Positions 57,863 to 64,000 of a stretch of DNA of 64,000 bases are shown here, one piece after another. Numbering within the stretch: position 1 is the stretch's first letter; each line of letters opens with the position of its first letter. The notes under the pieces were generated by a model. The model was given only the letters and a program-made list of their open reading frames with translations, searched no databases and was not told the origin of the DNA. The stretch spans positions 1 through 64,000 of the forward strand of contig NW_005434662.1 of the NCBI RefSeq assembly GCF_000315625.1, in the 5' to 3' direction. Origin of the DNA: Guillardia theta CCMP2712 (Eukaryota > Protista > Cryptophyta). A program made the translations under genes and the position numbers.

Positions 57863-58423
57863 NNNNNNNNNNNNNNNNNNNNNNNNNNNNNNNNNNNNNN
57901 NNNNNNNNNNNNNNNNNNNNNNNNNNNNNNNNNNNNNNNNNNNNNNNNNNNNNNNNNNNNNNNNNNNNNNNNNNNNNNNNNNNNNNNNNNNNNNNNNNNN
58001 NNNNNNNNNNNNNNNNNNNNNNNNNNNNNNNNNNNNNNNNNNNNNNNNNNNNNNNNNNNNNNNNNNNNNNNNNNNNNNNNNNNNNNNNNNNNNNNNNNNN
58101 NNNNNNNNNNNNNNNNNNNNNNNNNNNNNNNNNNNNNNNNNNNNNNNNNNNNNNNNNNNNNNNNNNNNNNNNNNNNNNNNNNNNNNNNNNNNNNNNNNNN
58201 NNNNNNNNNNNNNNNNNNNNNNNNNNNNNNNNNNNNNNNNNNNNNNNNNNNNNNNNNNNNNNNNNNNNNNNNNNNNNNNNNNNNNNNNNNNNNNNNNNNN
58301 NNNNNNNNNNNNNNNNNNNNNNNNNNNNNNNNNNNNNNNNNNNNNNNNNNNNNNNNNNNNNNNNNNNNNNNNNNNNNNNNNNNNNNNNNNNNNNNNNNNN
58401 NNNNNNNNNNNNNNNNNNNNNNN
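57863..58423. other. Assembly gap (N run)
   Basis: Run of N flanked by simple repeats. Confidence 1.
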
Positions 58424-58571
58424 CCTCCTCCCTCCTTCCTCCCCCTCCCTCCCTCCCTCCCTCCCTCCCTCCCTCCCTCCCTCCCTCCCTCCCTCCCTCC
58501 CTCCCTCCCTCCCTTACCCACCCTCCTCTTCTTCTTCCATCTTCCTCCCTTTTCCTGCTCCCGGCCTCTTA

Positions 58572-59141
58572 CCTTGCGATATCTTCATAGAACTCTTTGA
58601 AGTAGAGCCCGATCCCTGGCCCGCACTCGATGGGGTCCGAGATGTCCATAATGATCACGTCGAACTTGGGCCCGTCCCACTCCTGCAGGAAGGCCATGGC
58701 GTCCTTGTAGTGGATCTCAAACCTCTTGTCCTCGTACACGCCCTTGTTCCACTCGGGAAGATGCTCCCTACACATCTTACAGGCGATCTCGTCCAAGTCG
58801 CACATCACGACCCGCTCGACCGACTTGAAGCGCAGAACCTCCCGGGCCGTCGCTCCCTCTCCTCCTCCCCCGATGAACACCGTCTTCGGGCTGCCATGCG
58901 CGAGGATCGCAGGGTGCACGAGCGACTCATGGTAGATGTGCTCGTCCGTCTGCGAGCTCTGCGTGTGGTCGTCGAGGACAAGGGTCTTACCAAAGGGCAC
59001 GGTGGAGACGATCTGAACCCTCTGGAAGGGAGAGACAGCGTCGAAGTTGATCTTTGTCAAGGACATCTTGAGCAGAAGCTCCTCTGTCACTTGCTCCTCG
59101 TACCAGAACCCATTGCATCGAACGTTTGATTGGAGAGCCAT
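58572..59141 (-). CDS. Polyamine aminopropyltransferase, thermospermine synthase (ACL5)-like; 5' exon only, remainder in the gap
   Basis: FGKTLVLD..TQSS..DEHIYHESLVHPA, VFIGGGGEGATAREVL, VVMCDLD, FDVIIMDISDPIECGP..LY..EFYE; ends at a GTAAGA donor. Confidence 0.85.
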
Positions 59142-60074
59142 TATCCCACCGGCACCTGTTCAGCAGTGTGAGATATCAGAGAAAGCGCAGGAGCAGCAGA
59201 GGAAGCGATTCAAGTCTTTGACCGCAGAAAACAACGAGACGGCTCTAAGAGCCTCAGTGAACGGGACGACAAGAAAGACTTCATGCGGAGACAAGAGAAA
59301 ATGATTGCAAAGAGCGCACAAAGGAAAAATCCCTGGAAATCAGTTGACCGTGATGAGCAGTGGAGATAAATCACGATCGAGAGATGATGTAGAGAGGAAG
59401 AAATGAGTAAGATAGCTTTGATAAGGAGGACGTGGAGGGTAGGAGTGCCGGTATAAGGAGGCCGAGGCTACTTCGAAGTTTTCAAAGTAGCACAAACATG
59501 GCAGAGAAGACAAGACGGCGGGTGTAGCAGGGGGAGAGGACTCTGGTGTGAGTTCGCTAAGAGGATGAGAGACGAGAAGAGGTGGCGAGCAGGAAGCAAG
59601 AGGCTGCGATGACGTAGTGCAGGAAACAAACAGCAACCACGCGCACGGCCCCAAAAGTGGAGGAGGGGAAGGTGTCGGCGAGGGAGCAGGAGCACAACGA
59701 CAAGGAAGGAAGCGAGAGGAGAAGAGGGAGGGAGTAGAAAGAGCTGTGCTGCATCACAAAGTTGCGCTGCTGCTGCAGGCACGGCAGAGCCAGGGAGAGC
59801 GGAGGATGGAGGATGCCGGCATACACAACAGGATCTTGAGCAAGTCAGGGGGTAGGGGTACTTCTAATCCACCCTAGTACCCTATATTTTGACTCTAATT
59901 TTAGGGTAGTTAAAAAGGAGTAAGGGTACTTGTTGGGACCACTAATGCACGTGAGGTTTAGCTCATACCAAAAACCTCAAACAAACACGATGACCACCCA
60001 CCTCAGTCATAGTACTGAGTCTATGAGGACCGGTTCTATCAAGGGACAAAGTACCCGTACATCGGTGGAATAGA

Positions 60075-60520
60075 TCACCCCGACGGCCATACCGTCACTG
60101 CCGCATCGGCTCAGTAGCAACTGGGGGAGTCCCCGACTCGAGCCCGATCAGCCTTCACGGTCACGTCAACGGTTGAGTAAAGTTATTCCCCCACTGAGGC
60201 TGCCAAGCTCGGCGGCGTGACGGCATGACCGTGACTCACCGTGCCGGTCAGCCTTTCAAGCCGGGCCGGGCCGGGCGGACTGAGTCCGGGAGCCTGAGGC
60301 CTCAGTGAGTCCCCGGATCGGAGTCCGGCCCAATGACGGTCCCGGACCGTCACCCCGGCGGCGGCCGGGTGCCCGGGCCGCGGCCCGCGAACGGGGGCCA
60401 GCCGCAGGCCGCGGCGCGGCGGCTGCGCCCCGCACTGCACTCAGTGACTGCGGCAGCCTGCCGGCTGACCGTGAGTGAGGACCCCGGCCCCAGTGCCCGC
60501 CGCCGCCGTACTAGGCTACT
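60075..60520. other. GC-rich palindrome-dense intergenic island 8
   Basis: CCGG/GTGACTCAC/CTCAGTGAG motifs between divergent ORFs. Confidence 0.75.
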
Positions 60521-61790
60521 AGTGATCGAGGTTGATGGTGGCGTGTTTGCTGGGCTCAAAAGCTTGCGCACAATCAATCTTCGAAGGAACCACATCACCA
60601 ATCTATCTGCGAGTGTGTTTCAAGGGCTGCCGAATCTAAGTGAGATATACATAGATGCCATTGCGCTGGTGAGCGTGTTTCAGAATGACATCTCAGTACT
60701 CAACAACATTCACAACCTGAATGTATACAACAACCCTTATCAATCTGTGAGGCAGCTTCCATCAGGAATCTTCAGCAACATGACGAGAGTGACGGGATTG
60801 AGGATGGAAGTAGTTGACGATGAATTCTTGTATGAGGACATGTTCATTGGGCTTTCGAGCTTGCGGAATCTCATGCTTTCCTACAATCAAATTTCCACTC
60901 TACCGAACGGGGTTTTCAACGGGCTGTCAGGTTTGCAGACTCTCGACCTTCAAAGAAATCGGATATCAAGCTTGTCTGCTAGTGTATTTGACGTGCTTTC
61001 AAACCTGGACCACCTCACTATCGATGCTAGTGCTCTGGCGATTGTTTACCAGGAACAGGATTTCATGTCGTTGTTGGAACGCCTGACACGCTTTGATGTT
61101 TACAACGATCTGCCAAAAGACTTTTTGCCAATCTTTCAAGACAGCGTGAGGAATATGTCGCGACTGAAAACCTTGACGTTGAGAGGTATTGATGATACCT
61201 GCTTGCAGACGGACATCTTTGCAAGGCTGTCGGCCTTGACTACTCTTGATTTAGCCTGGAATAGTCTGTCGAGTCTTACAGAAGGTGTCTTCAACGGTCT
61301 GTCGAGGTTAGACTCCCTTTATCTCGAGTCGAACCGACTCATTGACATCTCGACGGGCGTTTTCTCTCCGCTGTCAAGCTTGCACTCTCTCTACCTCTAC
61401 AGAAATCAGCTGACCAAGATTTCAGCGGGCGATTTACGCGGGTTGTCCACCTTGACTCGGCTTGACCTCAGCAACAACCTGCTCACCTGTGTCTCCTCGA
61501 ACGCCTTCACTCAGCTCACGAACCTTGCAGATCTCAGACTCAATGCAAACGATCTCAACTGCTCTGACCCTTACTGGCCTTCCTTCACTGTGCTAGACTC
61601 AGGCCTCGACCGCTGCACCGTAGAGACATTTTGCCCAGATCCTTACAGCTCTACTTTCAGCTCTACTTCCAGCTCTACTTCCACATCCGAGCCATCTTGC
61701 TCCCTCCAAGTCTCCTGGCAATTCATCGTTGATAATGAGCTTGACGACTCTCACCTCGCCAGCTTATTTCCCCAGCTACATCACAGGTGA
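60521..61790 (+). CDS. Extracellular-type (24-aa) leucine-rich repeat protein, apparently lacking its N-terminus
   Basis: Repeats such as LSGLQTLDLQRNRISSLSASVFDV, Cys-containing cap and Ser/Thr stalk; LRR begins right at the island edge with no signal peptide. Confidence 0.75.
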
Positions 61791-62467
61791 GTTGCCCCAG
61801 AGTCGCTCCAAGCAATGACCAGGTGCTGGCGCCTGCAGGGGGCCTGGGCAAGCGAATGACGGACGAAGAGGAGGTGTGGGTGTGCGAGTACGGGCATGTC
61901 TGCGCCATGGTAGACGCCGAGAGCCTTGAGAGGAGGAGACGTTTGACACGTACTTAGCCGCAGGGCAGCAACGCATCGGTAATAGACGCTTACTGCTTCA
62001 TCTACAACGAGCAACGGTCAGGAGGGAGGCGGAATGGTAGGAGGTGAGGGAGACTGACCAGATTCGTCGCACACGCAGGGGAGCGTTTCGGGCGTGGGGG
62101 CTGGCTTCAGAGCTGGGACTTGCACAGCACAACACGTGGGCAAGGTGATGAGAGCAATGCGGTCGGAGTTTGTATTTTAAGGATGAAATGGTAGAATGGT
62201 ATCTGATAAAGTGTTGAGAATTGAAACGAGCCGAGGCTCTCGACCTGGTGGTCTTATCTTCCTTGTTGAACTTTTCTTTGAGGGTGCGAGGAGGAGAACG
62301 TTCAGAAGGATGGGAAAGAGGATTGGGAGAAGGATTGAGGTGTCGGACTCAACAATGGCACTTGAAAATGAGGATGAACGCTGTGCTGGATTCCTAGTTG
62401 CCGCGTGTAAGTTGTCGAATGTCCAGGATTTTTGAAGAATCAAGAGGAGAACGGGCATTGAATGCAA
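61781..62467 (-). CDS. Possible small multi-exon hypothetical gene
   Basis: Protein-like minus-strand segments (TNSDRIALITLPTCCAV..., EAVSVYYRCVAALRL...) separated by a GTCAGT intron-like stretch. Confidence 0.25.
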
Positions 62468-62582
62468 GTTTCATTAGCTGACCACAATAGGTAATCAAAA
62501 AGAAAAACAGAACGTGTGCCAACCTAACGCGTTACTTGAGTCAGGGGGGCATGAGCATACCTGGTCGCACATCAACCTTGGC

Positions 62583-63284
62583 TTATCTCGAACCCTTTCC
62601 CTCCTGCCGCAAGAAGTGCTTCTGCGCGTGCGACCGAACTTGCTCTTCTGATCTCGTCCCAATGTACTCTGAAATCTTCCCCGCTACTCCCATTCCAAGT
62701 CCCACCGACCTCCTCCCGTCCGGTCGCACCCGCCGGTCGGTATCTGCGAACATGGCGAGGGCCTCTAGGAACTTCGCCTCCTCCTCTGGTGACCACTGGC
62801 TGGAGTTGAAGATCGCCTTCTCCAGCTGCCGGCAGTAGTTCTTCAGCTCGTCCTGCGACTTCCTTGGCTGGCTGTACACGTCCGAAGGAGGAGGGCAGGG
62901 CTGGTGCTGGGAGAAAGACCCGCAGGAGGAGTTGGACTGAGGAGCGCTGAGGTGCGTGGATGGAGACGACACTGTTGAGTCTAGCAGCGAACGTGCATAT
63001 GAACAAGGGCCTTCGACGTCCTCATCCATGTGGATCGGCTCCGTTGATGACTGTGAGTCGCTATATGAGAGACCCGCTGGAAGGAGCAAGAGGTGTGAAT
63101 GAGGGGTGGTCTGAGAAGAGTCGGCTTGATGCATACTGTCAGCGCTGTCGATGGACAGCTCCAATGTCTCCTCGTTCCTCAGATATGCTACAAACGAGTC
63201 GAGGAGACCGGTGCTGGACATGGCAAGGTCGGCAACCGCATCGTCCACAGAGTGGGCGGGGGAAAGGGGAATGTGATGGCACAT
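62583..63284 (-). CDS. SHAQKYF-class single-repeat MYB transcription factor
   Basis: WSPEEEAKFLEALAMF...ISEYIGTRSEEQVRSHAQKHF; start uncertain. Confidence 0.88.
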   Translation of the reverse strand: MCHHIPLSPAHSVDDAVADLAMSSTGLLDSFVAYLRNEETLELSIDSADSMHQADSSQTTPHSHLLLLPAGLSYSDSQSSTEPIHMDEDVEGPCSYARSLLDSTVSSPSTHLSAPQSNSSCGSFSQHQPCPPPSDVYSQPRKSQDELKNYCRQLEKAIFNSSQWSPEEEAKFLEALAMFADTDRRVRPDGRRSVGLGMGVAGKISEYIGTRSEEQVRSHAQKHFLRQEGKGSR

Positions 63285-63569
63285 GCTCGAAGAAGATGTG
63301 GAAGGAAGAGGAAGAGACAAGGTCTTGATGGGGGGCAAAAGAGTGAATGCGAGAGGAGGATAGAAGTAGCAGGAGGGGAGGGGCCGACGGGGGGAGGGAG
63401 GGGGAGGCGATTGAGAGCATGTCGAGGTCGGCAGGTTTCTTGATTGACGGCAAGAGGGGAGACAATGTCAGCAACTTGTCAGCAATGAGAACTCCGAGTG
63501 CGAAACGATGCGTTTGAGTGTTCTTTACCATCTAGTCAGATTTATTTTTAGCTACGTTTTTGCGGTTAA

Positions 63570-64000
63570 CTCCGCTTCCGCGTTCTCGGGCCTTCTCCGA
63601 CCCGACTGGTTGGAACTCCGGGCCGGGGAAGACTGAAGGGCCGGGCTCGGAGAGACAAGACCCGGTCAGGGTGATGAAGTAAAGGCCCCTCATCAGCCAC
63701 GGTCGCTGACTCAGTGACTGCTTTACTCCAAGTTAAGTTTACGAGCATTTATCACTGAGGAGAGTCGAGGAGCACGGAGCCTCGGAGGCTCAGCTTGATC
63801 GGACCCTGGCAGTCACGTTACTGCCAAAGTGACCGGGGCCCTGACACTGTCGCACTACTGGCCAAACGGCGCCGGCGAGAACTTCAAGGCTTCGGAAGAC
63901 TCGGAAAAAACCGTGACGGGCCGATCCGGCGGGCCCCGGGTGGCCGCCGGTACGGTAGGCCACTCGGAACGGTAGTCAGTACCGTACCGTACCGCTGGTG
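63570..64000. other. GC-rich island 9 containing a heavily interrupted copy of the dispersed repeat (63721..63910, -)
   Basis: Consensus blocks ctttactc.aagttaag / ggagagtcgaggag / ccctgacactgtcgcac / ggccaaacggc / gagaa remain in order, separated by insertions. Confidence 0.75.

Overview
Left end of a compact eukaryotic nuclear chromosome or scaffold. It starts with about 18 CCCTAAA telomeric repeats and then carries about 15 intron-containing genes with mostly ~45-70 nt GT-AG introns. Signal-peptide+Phe bipartite plastid presequences point to an alga with a red secondary plastid, most likely a cryptophyte (inference). Recognisable genes: PRRC2/BAT2(MOS1)-like, two LRR proteins, PUF60, cytosolic HSP70, a plastid/lumen TPR protein, a RhoGAP-like/SH3/DENN protein, an EF-hand protein, a long coiled-coil protein, a thermospermine/spermidine synthase cut by an assembly gap, and a SHAQKYF-type MYB. 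Three things stand out. (1) A subtelomeric ~1,290-aa polytopic membrane protein with two RelA/SpoT-synthetase-like nucleotidyltransferase domains in TM-NTase-TM-NTase order; the two catalytic cores are identical over 231 bp of DNA, and an inverted copy of part of the gene lies just downstream. (2) Nine GC-rich intergenic islands spaced about 3.5-10 kb apart, almost all at divergent gene junctions. Several carry a dispersed ~155-bp repeat whose copies are broken up by micro-insertions of the form X-revcomp(X)-X, a footprint-like mutational signature that also seems to make up the islands. (3) A rearranged chromosome tip with internal telomeric seeds in both orientations. All calls come from reading the sequence by eye; no searches were run, and multi-exon gene ends are approximate.
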